The notes: a model not told the origin generated them from the sequence alone. A stretch of DNA of 64,000 nt from a virus (IMGVR_UViG_3300047319_000798:13971-77970), one strand, 5' to 3'. Shown: positions 1 through 9,322, numbered from the stretch's first letter. Translations and numbers: made by a program.

Positions 1-164
1 AGCTGGTGGAGAGGATGGACGTACCCAAGACCCAGGCGGAATATCGCAAGGCGGTTATGGAAGTGGCTAAGAAGGTGTCTTCTGTGCTAGGCAATACACC
101 GGTGATTGCCCTCCAGAGCTACATCAATCCTAGTGTATTCGGGGCCTGGAAAGCTGCCGCATGA
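1..164 (+). CDS. C-terminus of type IB DNA topoisomerase (partial, 5' truncated by window)
   Basis: Manual translation from nt 3: ...RKAVMEVAKKVSSVLGNTPVIALQSYINPSVFGAWKAAA*. LGNTPxxxxxSYIxP is the catalytic-Tyr motif of bacterial/viral TopIB. The stop overlaps the next ATG (ATGA at 161-164). Not in the ORF track. Confidence 0.75.
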   Translation, partial: LVERMDVPKTQAEYRKAVMEVAKKVSSVLGNTPVIALQSYINPSVFGAWKAAA

Positions 165-1492
165 ACCAGGTCTTCTTTGGCGATGCTGAAAAGCCTCTGC
201 CCGATTGGCGCAAGGAGCCGGATGAGCCGGACCCGGACGATGAGGAGCTAGGGGCCACTCCACCGGATGTGGTGGCGATGCTAGGCTTCGATCCATTGGA
301 CGTGGCCCGGGCCGATGCGACATGGGAAGAGGGCGAACACCCGCGCGACGAGGGCGGCAAGTTTACCGCTGGGGGCGCGAGTCAGGCCCCGGGTGTATCT
401 AAGCCCAAACCGGGCAGCTTTCTCTACACAGCCAAGCCGCTGCCTGAGCATGTAGAGCATAAATACAGGGAAGAGGTTCGACAGGTTAAGGCGCTGCAGC
501 CTGAGTTCGTGGCTAAGATGCGCCAATATCACGAATCACTCCAGGCGTTCAAGGGGCTAAAGGCGCGGGCCAATTCCCCAGAGGGTACGTGGGAGGATTG
601 GGAAGCGGTTCAGGCTCATAAAGACCGCCACGGACAGATTACCCGCGATATGTACAATATGGAGCCGCCCGGTTACTTCAAGAAAGTGGCGGCGCTAAGG
701 AAGCACGACACCGATCTGCGGGTGATCGAGAGGACAGTCAAGCCGGTCAAGGCGGAGACCTTGAAGATAGCCAAGCAGTTGGGCTTTCCGCCGGAGCAGG
801 TCAAGGTCCAGTATGAGGATCGTTTTTTCACTCTTGCTGGGAAACAGCGCAATTACGCCGGTTCGGCGGATGTTTCGCAGGGCGGCAAGGGCAACATTAC
901 AATGTACGCCCGACAGCTGATCCCGGGCAAGACGGTGGCAGCGGTTGCGGCCCATGAGATACAACACATCCGCTATGCCAACTTCCAGCAGAAACGGCTA
1001 GAGCAATACAAAGAGGTTGTGCGCGAAGCCAGTCAACATGGGCCGATGGGTGATACCAACCCGATAATGGATTGGACCGGGGTGCTCAAGCCGCCCTATG
1101 ATACAAAATACCCGGAATGGGCTGCCTGGGCCGCACAGAAGCAAGAATGGAAGAACGCCAAGGTGCCCGATGCGTTTAAGGGTGACAAGTTGTTGGCCGC
1201 GTCAGACGGGGTAACACCATACAGCGAGGAATGGTGGGACAATTACCATAAGAACCCATCGTCCTCCACGTTTGAGTCAGCGGTCCATGAGACTTTAGCC
1301 GAGATGATGGCGCAGGAGTACAAGACCGGGTTTTTACCCAGCCACTATTGGTCGGGGCCGTTACCACGCCATAACCAGTCGCCTGAGTATCCAGAGGGCT
1401 TCGCCACCCACGAGGGGATTGAGGCGGTGGAAGAAGAGGGTACAAAAGCGTGGCGTAAGCTGTATGCAACCGTGAATGCGGCAGCCAAATGA
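161..1492 (+). CDS. Head-module protein with HPRDxxGKF motif and zincin-like metallopeptidase domain
   Basis: WEEGEHPRDEGGKF motif typical of head-morphogenesis-associated proteins; HEIQH (HExxH) plus downstream HETLAE third-ligand motif. Confidence 0.55.
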   Translation: MNQVFFGDAEKPLPDWRKEPDEPDPDDEELGATPPDVVAMLGFDPLDVARADATWEEGEHPRDEGGKFTAGGASQAPGVSKPKPGSFLYTAKPLPEHVEHKYREEVRQVKALQPEFVAKMRQYHESLQAFKGLKARANSPEGTWEDWEAVQAHKDRHGQITRDMYNMEPPGYFKKVAALRKHDTDLRVIERTVKPVKAETLKIAKQLGFPPEQVKVQYEDRFFTLAGKQRNYAGSADVSQGGKGNITMYARQLIPGKTVAAVAAHEIQHIRYANFQQKRLEQYKEVVREASQHGPMGDTNPIMDWTGVLKPPYDTKYPEWAAWAAQKQEWKNAKVPDAFKGDKLLAASDGVTPYSEEWWDNYHKNPSSSTFESAVHETLAEMMAQEYKTGFLPSHYWSGPLPRHNQSPEYPEGFATHEGIEAVEEEGTKAWRKLYATVNAAAK

Positions 1493-1698
1493 TAGAGCGC
1501 ACGATCATTGATGGGCGCGTGGCCAGTGTAGCCTATCTGACCGATGACTTTCAACCGGCGGGTATTGAGACCGCTACCTTGCTTAAGATCATCTTTGATG
1601 ATGGAATGGTTGCCTTTGCGCGGAACAGTGATGCCGATCTGTCTGAGGCTGAGATGGATGAGCTCCTGGAAAGCCTGGGGCTGACGGATGAAGATTGA
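1489..1698 (+). CDS. Small acidic hypothetical protein
   Basis: 69-aa ORF with ATGA coupling to the upstream gene and overlap with the downstream gene. Confidence 0.6.
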   Translation: MIERTIIDGRVASVAYLTDDFQPAGIETATLLKIIFDDGMVAFARNSDADLSEAEMDELLESLGLTDED

Positions 1699-2404
1699 CC
1701 TGCTTCCCGGGGTGGAGGTTGCGTTACGCCGTCTGTCGATGACCGAGATGGACGTGGCGGAGGCGATACGGGATGGCGAGCTTGCCTCTCCGCAGCAGTT
1801 TGAGAACGCGACACTCGTAGACATGCGGATCAGCGGGACTGGCATCTCGTATCGCCCTAAGCTCAAGGAGTGGGTGTACAGGCGACCGGAGATTTATCTG
1901 ACTGATACATTCTTGAGACGGTGTCAGGGCATTCCAGTCATCTATGAGCACCCTGATAACACGGTGCTGGATTCAAAGTCCTTTACCAAGCGCATCGTGG
2001 GCGTGATGCAGCTGCCCTACATAAAGGGCGAGGATGTCTGGGGCATTGCCCGGGTTTACGACAAGGAAACTGTTAACGAACTGACTAGCGAACCGCTATC
2101 CACGTCACCCAGTGTTGTATTCCGCGACCCGACAGTTAACTATGAGGTCGAATTGGATAGTGGGGAGACGCTGTTAGTGGAGGGTAATCCCAGCTACCTT
2201 GATCATCTGGCGATCTGTGCTAATGGGGTCTGGGATAAGGGCGGCGACCCCACAGGGGTTCGTGTAGACAGCGTTGATCCGCGCATGCTAGCGATTGCGG
2301 ACAGCATCGACAATTTGGAGCGACGGTTAACCCGTCATCTGATAACCCGGGCCGTTGGGCGTCTGGAACGGCGTATCGAGCAAGTGGAGGCCAACTATGG
2401 CTGA
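1688..2404 (+). CDS. DUF2213-type prohead maturation protease
   Basis: GIPVIYEHP, STSPSV and DHLAICANGVWDKGG motifs; located upstream of scaffold and capsid genes. Confidence 0.75.
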   Translation: MKIDLLPGVEVALRRLSMTEMDVAEAIRDGELASPQQFENATLVDMRISGTGISYRPKLKEWVYRRPEIYLTDTFLRRCQGIPVIYEHPDNTVLDSKSFTKRIVGVMQLPYIKGEDVWGIARVYDKETVNELTSEPLSTSPSVVFRDPTVNYEVELDSGETLLVEGNPSYLDHLAICANGVWDKGGDPTGVRVDSVDPRMLAIADSIDNLERRLTRHLITRAVGRLERRIEQVEANYG

Positions 2405-3287
2405 TCGTAAGGATGAAGGCGGTGGTGGCGAGCCCATCGATAAGGTGCTGTCGAAGCTCGACGCGCTAGGCACGCGCATGGATGCCTTGGAAACGGGTAC
2501 AGGCCACAAGAACCCGCTCAAGGGTGACGCGGCTGAGGAAGACAAGGACAAGGAAGAGAAGGGCGACGAATTTCCGCCCAAGGACAAGGAAGAGAAGGAC
2601 GACAAGAAGGGCGACGCCAAGAAGGACGAGGGCGAGCAGGAAGAGGGCAAGAAGCCCCCACCGGTTGCGGCCGACAAGAAGGGCGACGCGGGGTCCGCGC
2701 CTCCGGCGGCAGCCACCGTCGCGCCCGACAAGAAGGGCGATGCTGAAGAGGACAAGAAGGAGGACGAGCGGCGTGACGCCGCTATCGCGGACGCCGCCAG
2801 CCGCAACACCAAGCTGGAGCGTCAGCTGGAGGCCCAGGCCAAGGAAATTGTGCGCCTCACGGCTATGATGAAGCCGCGCAGCGATGATGAGCACGCCGCG
2901 TTCGCTGAGGCTCAGGCCAAGGCGGATAGCGTGTTTATGGGCTTCGGCAAGGCTGCGCCGCGCCCGCTGGAGGGGGAGGCGCTGATCAATTATCGTAAGC
3001 GCTTGGCCACTCTCCTCAAGCCCCATTCAGCAATCTGGAAGTCGGTCAAGTTCAGCCAGCTTCCGGAGGAGGCGTTCTCCATTGCTGAAGCTCAGGTCTA
3101 TTCGGATGCGGCGGTAGCAGCCGCGTCCCCGACCGATCTGGGCGACGGGGAGCTGCGCGAGGTTAGCCGCACCGACCCGCGTACCGGCCAGAAAACCAAT
3201 GTGTTCTATGGTCGTGACAGCTTCGTCAAGAGCATGGGACGCCCTGCGCGCCGGGTGGCCAGCTTCCGCACCCAGTTCCCCAACTAA
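2397..3287 (+). CDS. Capsid scaffolding protein
   Basis: Low-complexity K/D/E-rich N-terminus with repeated KGDA, coiled-coil C-terminus; lies between protease and capsid genes; ATG 2397 preceded by GGAGG. Confidence 0.65.
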   Translation: MADRKDEGGGGEPIDKVLSKLDALGTRMDALETGTGHKNPLKGDAAEEDKDKEEKGDEFPPKDKEEKDDKKGDAKKDEGEQEEGKKPPPVAADKKGDAGSAPPAAATVAPDKKGDAEEDKKEDERRDAAIADAASRNTKLERQLEAQAKEIVRLTAMMKPRSDDEHAAFAEAQAKADSVFMGFGKAAPRPLEGEALINYRKRLATLLKPHSAIWKSVKFSQLPEEAFSIAEAQVYSDAAVAAASPTDLGDGELREVSRTDPRTGQKTNVFYGRDSFVKSMGRPARRVASFRTQFPN

Positions 3288-3323
3288 AGGGGGAACTGGC
3301 CCTCTAATACAGGAACCAATCTC

Positions 3324-3953
3324 ATGGCATTTCAGTTCAACCCCTATGTCCAGACCAGTGCGGCTGGAATGTTCAACATTGAATCCGATGGATTCGTTGT
3401 TGGCACCGCTATGCCTGACCCGTCTTCCCGCAACTGGTTGGCGGGCGGCTGGTTGGCGGCCACTGAGACGCTACCGATGTTTGGCGGTATCGCGATCAGT
3501 GAAAACGTTCCGCAGGAGCGTCCTCCGGTCAGCCGGATGGATACGGCTCTCGGCGGGGCCATCATCCGCGCTACCGTCAACACGGCCACTAACGCTGCGG
3601 GTAGCATCACAGGCTTTAGCGTGTTCGACCAGAATTATGCCATGGTCAATACGCCCCAAAGCCCGTGCCCCAGTGTCCAAGCCGGGGGCCTGGTCAACTT
3701 CTACCGTCTGGGCTCACAGGCCCGGGTGGCGCTGGCAATCGACCCGACGTTGATCTCTTTGGAGGGCGGTATCATTACGGCTCAGGTGAGCTGGGATGTT
3801 ACTAACCAGAAGATCATCGCCTTCGCCACCAATGCTCTGCCGGTCAAAATCCTTGCGATCAAGGCCAGTAACTGCATGGTCCCGGTCTACACGTCTGGTA
3901 CTGGACAAGTGACCTGGAATTACAACGGAGCAGCGGCGCTCTGCTTGCTGTGA
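3324..3953 (+). CDS. Head decoration/cement protein
   Basis: 209-aa beta-rich A/G/T protein immediately upstream of the major capsid, the usual synteny in this phage group. Confidence 0.6.
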   Translation: MAFQFNPYVQTSAAGMFNIESDGFVVGTAMPDPSSRNWLAGGWLAATETLPMFGGIAISENVPQERPPVSRMDTALGGAIIRATVNTATNAAGSITGFSVFDQNYAMVNTPQSPCPSVQAGGLVNFYRLGSQARVALAIDPTLISLEGGIITAQVSWDVTNQKIIAFATNALPVKILAIKASNCMVPVYTSGTGQVTWNYNGAAALCLL

Positions 3954-4002
3954 TTTGAAACTAGGCCGGGGCCAACTCTGGCCTGAGTCAGGAGTGTGAT
4001 AG

Positions 4003-5025
4003 ATGGCTACGATTTCCCCGTCCTTTGCTCAGGTGCATCCGTCATACACGATGCCTGAGACACTGATGCCTTATACACAGGCGTCAGGCGCGTTCGAGTT
4101 GCTGGCAGACGGTGGACCTATGGTCCGGCTGGCTGATGGCGATTTGTATGCTTACATCAAGCGCATCGACGTTCGCACCCGTATGGCTGCGGGCCAGAGC
4201 GCCTATAACCAATTGCCCGGGGTGTCGTTCGCCCTTGGCCAGATCAGTGCGCCGTCTTATCTCTTGCGGGTGCGCGCCGAGTATGACCACCACGACACGG
4301 CGGCCATGGCTCGTTGGGGTATCTCGATTGTTGAGGCCCACCGCCTTGGTATGCGTCAGGCTGCGTTCCAGATCATGCGTAACGGGTTGTTGTATGGCTT
4401 CAACCCAACCAATGGTGAAGGCTTGCTCAACGCAGCCGGGGCGACGTCCATCCCGCTGCCCCCTGACAGCGCCAGCAACGCGACCGTGGTCACTTACGAC
4501 AATGGTCAAATGGCGTTCTTCATCATCGCCCAGATCAGTGCGATCAAGACCCGGACTAACCAGCTGGGGATTGGCCACAAGTTCGTGATCGTGGGGCCGC
4601 AGCGTACACTGGGCGCGTTCGAGTACCAAAACATCGTCCAGCTGACCAGCTATCAGCGCCCGGGCGCGGGTTCGACTAGCACCGCCGGTCTCATCAAGGA
4701 TGTTCTGGAAATGAACGATGATGAGATTTACTGGGGCTATGACGACACGCTCATTGGTAAGGGCGCGGGCGGTAACGATGCGGTGATCATCGTCATGCCC
4801 GAGGTGGAACAGCCCAAGGGCCAGAGGATCAACACCAACGAGTTCGCCAAGTTGACGCCCTCGATGGAGGCTTGCACGCTGATGCTCTGCGATATGGCGG
4901 CACCCAAGGAAATCCCGGTTCCGCTGGCGGGCGGCGCCATCGACGTTCTTGCTGAGATGCGTACGACTTCCGGCTGGGGTGTTCGCCCGGAGGCCATTAC
5001 CGTCATCAGCATGCAGTACTCTTAA
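4003..5025 (+). CDS. Major capsid protein
   Basis: 340 aa, strong codon bias, RBS AGGAG, C-terminal RTTSGWGVRPEA motif, followed by a terminator. Confidence 0.75.
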   Translation: MATISPSFAQVHPSYTMPETLMPYTQASGAFELLADGGPMVRLADGDLYAYIKRIDVRTRMAAGQSAYNQLPGVSFALGQISAPSYLLRVRAEYDHHDTAAMARWGISIVEAHRLGMRQAAFQIMRNGLLYGFNPTNGEGLLNAAGATSIPLPPDSASNATVVTYDNGQMAFFIIAQISAIKTRTNQLGIGHKFVIVGPQRTLGAFEYQNIVQLTSYQRPGAGSTSTAGLIKDVLEMNDDEIYWGYDDTLIGKGAGGNDAVIIVMPEVEQPKGQRINTNEFAKLTPSMEACTLMLCDMAAPKEIPVPLAGGAIDVLAEMRTTSGWGVRPEAITVISMQYS

Positions 5026-5051
5026 GGGGCCGCGATCCCCACCATTGTGGT

Positions 5052-5105
5052 GCCTTTGAGAGGCACCCGCTGCCCTGTCGCGGAGGGCGGCGGGTTCGCT
5101 TTTTA
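5052..5105 (+). terminator. Tandem hairpins / rho-independent terminator after major capsid
   Basis: GGTGCCT-TTGAG-AGGCACC followed by CCCGCTGCCCT...AGGGCGGCGGG and TTCGCTTTTT. Confidence 0.6.
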
Positions 5106-5122
5106 TCCCCGGGAGGGAGAGT

Positions 5123-5680
5123 GTGACTCATCTGTATGTAGCTAATGTAACTAAGCAGATTGTTCAATTTGCCTATCGCGTGCCAGAGCGACAGGGCGTG
5201 GTTATCCAGCCGATACCGATTGGGGGCCAGGTTAGAATTACCCCGTTGGGCGGCAAGGATGATCTGTCGACCCCTGAAATTGACGCAATCATCGACCAGC
5301 ACCGCAAATACGGTCTGGTTCCTGTGGAGGAGGTTGACAACAGCAAGAACCCGTTCCACGGCATGTTCTACTCAGTGGGCAAGCCAATCTCAGTTGAGCG
5401 CCTTCATAAGGCGATGAAGCGCACTGAAGAGGCGCTGGAGGAACAGGGCAAGCAAATGCGTCAGGAGGCCGCAATCGCGGTCAACAACCAGATCGAGAAT
5501 ACCATTGGGGAGAACCTCAAGCGGCTGGAGATGAGTATCACGGAGGAAGAGCCGCGAGGCGGCTATCCCGAGGATCATGAGCCGTTAGGGGAGGGCGTGC
5601 GTGTAATGCGCGCGGAGGACACCGGAGGCACAACGCTGCCGTTTATCGGGCGCAGCGGGCGCGGGAGGCGCAATGGCTGA
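5123..5680 (+). CDS. Virion-module hypothetical protein
   Basis: 185-aa ORF, GGAGGGAG RBS, GTG start, conserved position after the capsid gene. Confidence 0.65.
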   Translation: MTHLYVANVTKQIVQFAYRVPERQGVVIQPIPIGGQVRITPLGGKDDLSTPEIDAIIDQHRKYGLVPVEEVDNSKNPFHGMFYSVGKPISVERLHKAMKRTEEALEEQGKQMRQEAAIAVNNQIENTIGENLKRLEMSITEEEPRGGYPEDHEPLGEGVRVMRAEDTGGTTLPFIGRSGRGRRNG

Positions 5681-6182
5681 GGTTCTAATCCGCCCGCGCA
5701 CTGGCCGCACCGCCTACGCGTGGGCCGCTGAATACCCCAACTTCCCGGACTTTCAGGCGTGGGTCCAGTACATGATGGGTGTGCCCGCGTCGGACATGCC
5801 CGACGTGCCTACGCTGGAAATGGCCTACGATGAGTCGTTGAATCTGGCTCTCGATGATCTGGCTACCATCCCCAATCAGCCGGGTTCGCCATCCCTGTAT
5901 GCTCTGGCGGTCTATAACCTGGCCGGAGCCATTCTGGTCGATATCGTTCAGGATACACCGCCATCAACATTCTGGTCTGATCTACGAAACAAGTTCAATG
6001 TGGCGATGTTTTCGTTCAGCATCGTTACCGGCGCGGGCGATCAGGGTACATCGAAGAGTGCTATGGTGCCCCTCTTTGTTCAGGGCATGGGTCCGTTGGA
6101 TATGTGGATGTACCAGACGCCGTGGGGCCGGCAGTACATGATGATTGCCGGGGCCTGGGGCGCGATCTGGGGCATCTCATGA
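5673..6182 (+). CDS. Head-tail adaptor (DUF4054-like)
   Basis: C-terminal YQTPWGRQY motif; synteny. Confidence 0.6.
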   Translation: MAEVLIRPRTGRTAYAWAAEYPNFPDFQAWVQYMMGVPASDMPDVPTLEMAYDESLNLALDDLATIPNQPGSPSLYALAVYNLAGAILVDIVQDTPPSTFWSDLRNKFNVAMFSFSIVTGAGDQGTSKSAMVPLFVQGMGPLDMWMYQTPWGRQYMMIAGAWGAIWGIS

Positions 6183-6655
6183 TTCTGGTTCTGGGCGTTC
6201 ACGATATGGCCTATGCAGCCCAGTTTCATACCAGTGCTGGTAAGCCTAAGCGTGGCGTGTCGAAAGCCCAAGCCGCTTATGGTAAGGGCCAGACCACGGG
6301 TGATGTTGCCCAGATACTAGAGGCGCGCTATCATATTATGCGCACGTTTGTGGATATGAATAAGGACGATATCGTCCAGGCTGTTGAGTCCTCGATGCTG
6401 GGGGCCGTGGTCAATATCGTCAACGGACAGCCCGGGCCAATTAACCCGGGCGCACAGGCCCTGTCGGATATCGAGAACAAGTTCAAGGAAAGCCTGTCTC
6501 AGCGGGCCTACGATGGTTTGAAGGGGGTACCAACCCAGGCGGCGGAGCGCGGGGTGTCGCATCGGTTTAAGAAGCCTTACGCGCGGCGCGCGGCGCGGCC
6601 CAGCTTTATCGACACTGGTTTGTACCAGTCGTCATTTACCACGTGGATGGAATGA
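6179..6655 (+). CDS. Neck/virion morphogenesis protein
   Basis: Start at ATGA overlap 6179; C-terminal RPSFIDTGLYQSS motif (xxLIDTGxL-like) of neck proteins. Confidence 0.6.
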   Translation: MILVLGVHDMAYAAQFHTSAGKPKRGVSKAQAAYGKGQTTGDVAQILEARYHIMRTFVDMNKDDIVQAVESSMLGAVVNIVNGQPGPINPGAQALSDIENKFKESLSQRAYDGLKGVPTQAAERGVSHRFKKPYARRAARPSFIDTGLYQSSFTTWME

Positions 6656-6828
6656 TCTGGTTTCTTGTCGTCATCGTTCACGCCACCAACTGTCCGGGTA
6701 AGTGCGGCGATGTTCCGGCTGTAGTCATCCAGATGCCATCCCAGGATGTCTGCGTGGCCGTTAAACAGGCCAACCCCGATGTTCCGCTTGATTGTTGGGG
6801 TAAGCCCGGACCTGGAGCACCAAAATGA
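6652..6828 (+). CDS. Small secreted/membrane protein with Cys residues
   Basis: MIWFLVVIVHA hydrophobic start, 4 Cys, ATGA overlaps at both ends. Confidence 0.45.
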   Translation: MIWFLVVIVHATNCPGKCGDVPAVVIQMPSQDVCVAVKQANPDVPLDCWGKPGPGAPK

Positions 6829-6998
6829 CCCTTGGTCTCGCCTTCTGGATCTTGATGCTAATCTGGCTCGTGTTCGGAGTGTTCGTCCGGGTGGGCTACG
6901 TTGGCGGTCCTTACGCACCCTGGGGCGATATGGTGCTCTGGTTCATCTTGTTCGTCCTGCTTGGGTGGGAAGTGTTCGGAGCACCGTTACACAAATGA
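6825..6998 (+). CDS. 57-aa two-TM membrane protein (holin-like candidate)
   Basis: Manual translation MTLGLAFWILMLIWLVFGVFVRVGYVGGPYAPWGDMVLWFILFVLLGWEVFGAPLHK*; ATGA overlaps at both ends. Confidence 0.6.
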   Translation: MTLGLAFWILMLIWLVFGVFVRVGYVGGPYAPWGDMVLWFILFVLLGWEVFGAPLHK

Positions 6999-7165
6999 GC
7001 ATTGGCACCCTTCTTGTCATTATCCTGATCATCATCCTGCTGGGTGGTCTAGGGGGGCCTTATATTGGCGCACCGTACGGGTATGGTTTTGGCCATGGCG
7101 GGATTGGTGTTGTGGGTATTATTCTTATCGTACTTGTTATTCTACTGTTAACAGGAAGGCTGTGA
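6995..7165 (+). CDS. DUF3309-like small membrane protein
   Basis: MSIGTLLVIILIIILLGGL...GYGFGHGGIGVVGIILIVLVILLLTGRL matches the DUF3309 pattern common in Alphaproteobacteria. Confidence 0.7.
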   Translation: MSIGTLLVIILIIILLGGLGGPYIGAPYGYGFGHGGIGVVGIILIVLVILLLTGRL

Positions 7166-7168
7166 TAA

Positions 7169-7294
7169 ATGGCTAAGGAACCGTGTTCACCGGTTAACAA
7201 GCCGGGTGGTCCGCAGGGGAAGCCGTCTAAGCTGCCCCAGAAGCCGCTGCCCAAGTCACCGGGCGCGAAGTCCAATCCATCGTTAAAGAAGTAA
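7169..7294 (+). CDS. 41-aa K/P-rich basic peptide
   Basis: MAKEPCSPVNKPGGPQGKPSKLPQKPLPKSPGAKSNPSLKK*; exactly fills the gap between neighbours. Confidence 0.4.
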   Translation: MAKEPCSPVNKPGGPQGKPSKLPQKPLPKSPGAKSNPSLKK

Positions 7295-8716
7295 ATGCCC
7301 TCTGTAGCTGATGTCCTTAAGGCCAAGCCGCCGCTTGCTGCTGATCTGGCGGCAGCGGTCAAAGACCTATCGTCCAATCAGGAAATTGCGTTCGCGCTCT
7401 ATCAGCTCTATATCAATCCTCTTGATGGAATGAACTACTGGATACGGGTGCCGTCCGATCAGGGCACCGTGACCACCGCCGGTCTAAGGCTGCGGGCGGG
7501 ATTAGCCAGTCAGACTAAGGCGTCGGGCGAAGCTATCCAGATTGTACCGGGGAATCAGCGCACGTCTATCATTGGCGGGCGGATTACCAATCCGCTTAGT
7601 GTCGTGGATCAGGGCATTGACTTCCCGCACGTGGACCCGTTGTTGCCCTTTGGCGACCCTCTGATGTTCCCGGACCCGAATGCGACACCAGCGGAAAGCC
7701 TGTTTGTAGACTTCACCGGGCCGGCATCATCCAAGTCCACCGCCACAACAGTTGAGCTGTTGCCCGGGGAGGAAATTGAGGTTCCGGCTGGAACCCCGGC
7801 TTGGGCGAACGCCCTAACCGGCGGCCATAAGTTCACTGTGGTGCTGTACGAGACGGCGGCACAGGTGAGCTTGCCCACGGACGTAAAGGTCATGGGGTCG
7901 TTCCATTACGACAGTATGACCGAGCAGCGGGCTGATGCGACGATTGACTCTAACACGGTCGTGTTTACGTCGCTCAGTGAAATTCAGCCGTTCAATGAGG
8001 TGGGGCCGGATTTCCTCTACATCGCCAGCTATCGCAATATCCGGTTTGCCTTTGTCTCGCGCGGCTATCTCTATGAACAGGCAGACCTGTACCATTACGT
8101 GGGCAAGGCGATCTACAGCATTACAGCAACGCAAGTTGTCGATGACATAAATACATTCGACCCGGAAGTGTTTAATAGCAACTCAATTCCGATCTGGATG
8201 TACATGAACTACTACGTACCGCCGTATCCTGGCGGTCTGGTTTGCCCGTTTGAACTCTTTCCGGCGTTCCTGGTCGATGACAATAAGCCCACCCCATTTG
8301 GTTCAGTTCATGTAGAGCGGACAGAGGCACTTCAACCGGTTCCTCTATTGGGGCGACGCATGGAGGCGGATCAGCTGTGCCGCGACCGCGTGATCATTCA
8401 CATATACGGCGCTAGCAATCGGCTGGCTTCGGATTTCCGGGAGTTTGTCGAGCAATACTCACGGGACTGGAGTAAAATCGGGATTGCGACCGCCGGGGCG
8501 CTCACAGATTTGAACCAAGTTCAATCTGAGCTTCAGGTCATCGCCCAGCGCAAGTCGATCACCTTCGAAGTCAACTATCTCCAGTCAGTTAGCCGCGATC
8601 TGGCGAGGCAGTATATCATCAAGGCTAAGTGCCAATTTTACCCGGCGCTACCCGCGCTGGGCTATGGAGTGGACCCCTATGCCTCAAACGACATATATGC
8701 CGCTGTTTCTGGCTAG
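7295..8716 (+). CDS. Head-tail connector / tail completion protein with inserted beta domain
   Basis: Position before the sheath; YEQADLYHY and C-terminal QRKSITFEVNY tail-terminator-like motifs; carries the repeated GGxIxNP..DQG domain. Confidence 0.55.
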   Translation: MPSVADVLKAKPPLAADLAAAVKDLSSNQEIAFALYQLYINPLDGMNYWIRVPSDQGTVTTAGLRLRAGLASQTKASGEAIQIVPGNQRTSIIGGRITNPLSVVDQGIDFPHVDPLLPFGDPLMFPDPNATPAESLFVDFTGPASSKSTATTVELLPGEEIEVPAGTPAWANALTGGHKFTVVLYETAAQVSLPTDVKVMGSFHYDSMTEQRADATIDSNTVVFTSLSEIQPFNEVGPDFLYIASYRNIRFAFVSRGYLYEQADLYHYVGKAIYSITATQVVDDINTFDPEVFNSNSIPIWMYMNYYVPPYPGGLVCPFELFPAFLVDDNKPTPFGSVHVERTEALQPVPLLGRRMEADQLCRDRVIIHIYGASNRLASDFREFVEQYSRDWSKIGIATAGALTDLNQVQSELQVIAQRKSITFEVNYLQSVSRDLARQYIIKAKCQFYPALPALGYGVDPYASNDIYAAVSG

Positions 8717-8864
8717 CTATGGTATTCTAGCTAAGGCTCAGAAGCCGGGTGGGGTGGTGATTTCGACCACGCTTGTACCCGGAGCAACCCCCAATGTGCT
8801 AACCCCGGCGTCAGCGGAAAAGACCGCTCCCGCCAAGTCCAAGAAGTAAAAGGAGAAAACCATA

Positions 8865-9284
8865 ATGGCAACCATTAGATTGAGGCCGGGTGAAACGGCC
8901 CTCGTAGTAGCAACTGATCCCAGCCTTGAGATTGGTGGCGGACCGATGCCGGGCTACGGCGACAAGCCGGTTGATCCTGGCTACGGTATTGATCTCGGTC
9001 TTGGCATCTGGGGTCCGACCGACCCGCGACCGACCAACCCCATCGTGCTGCCGATCCCGGTCCCGCCGCCGACGCAGCCGACTGAGCCGGTTGACCCCGG
9101 CTACGATATCGACATCGATACTGGCTATGTGCGCCCTGAGCACCCGATTGTGCTGCCGCCCACACCGCCGGGTAAGCCAGCGATCAATTGGGAGCTTAAA
9201 ACGGGTTGGACGCCGGTGACTGGTTGGGTTGTCTTCGCCGTGCCAACTGGCCCGACCCCGACCCCGTCAGCGGCGCGTAAGTAA
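8865..9284 (+). CDS. Proline-rich repeat protein
   Basis: Strong RBS AAGGAG; two VDPGYxID...PxxPIVLP repeats; Trp-rich C-terminus; followed by a hairpin. Confidence 0.7.
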   Translation: MATIRLRPGETALVVATDPSLEIGGGPMPGYGDKPVDPGYGIDLGLGIWGPTDPRPTNPIVLPIPVPPPTQPTEPVDPGYDIDIDTGYVRPEHPIVLPPTPPGKPAINWELKTGWTPVTGWVVFAVPTGPTPTPSAARK

Positions 9285-9292
9285 AGCCGCTT

Positions 9293-9322
9293 TCGCCTCT
9301 GACTCCATTGAGTCAGGGGCGA
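9293..9322 (+). terminator. Hairpin between Pro-rich gene and sheath
   Basis: TCGCCTCTGACTC-CATT-GAGTCAGGGGCGA inverted repeat; weak U-tract. Confidence 0.45.
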
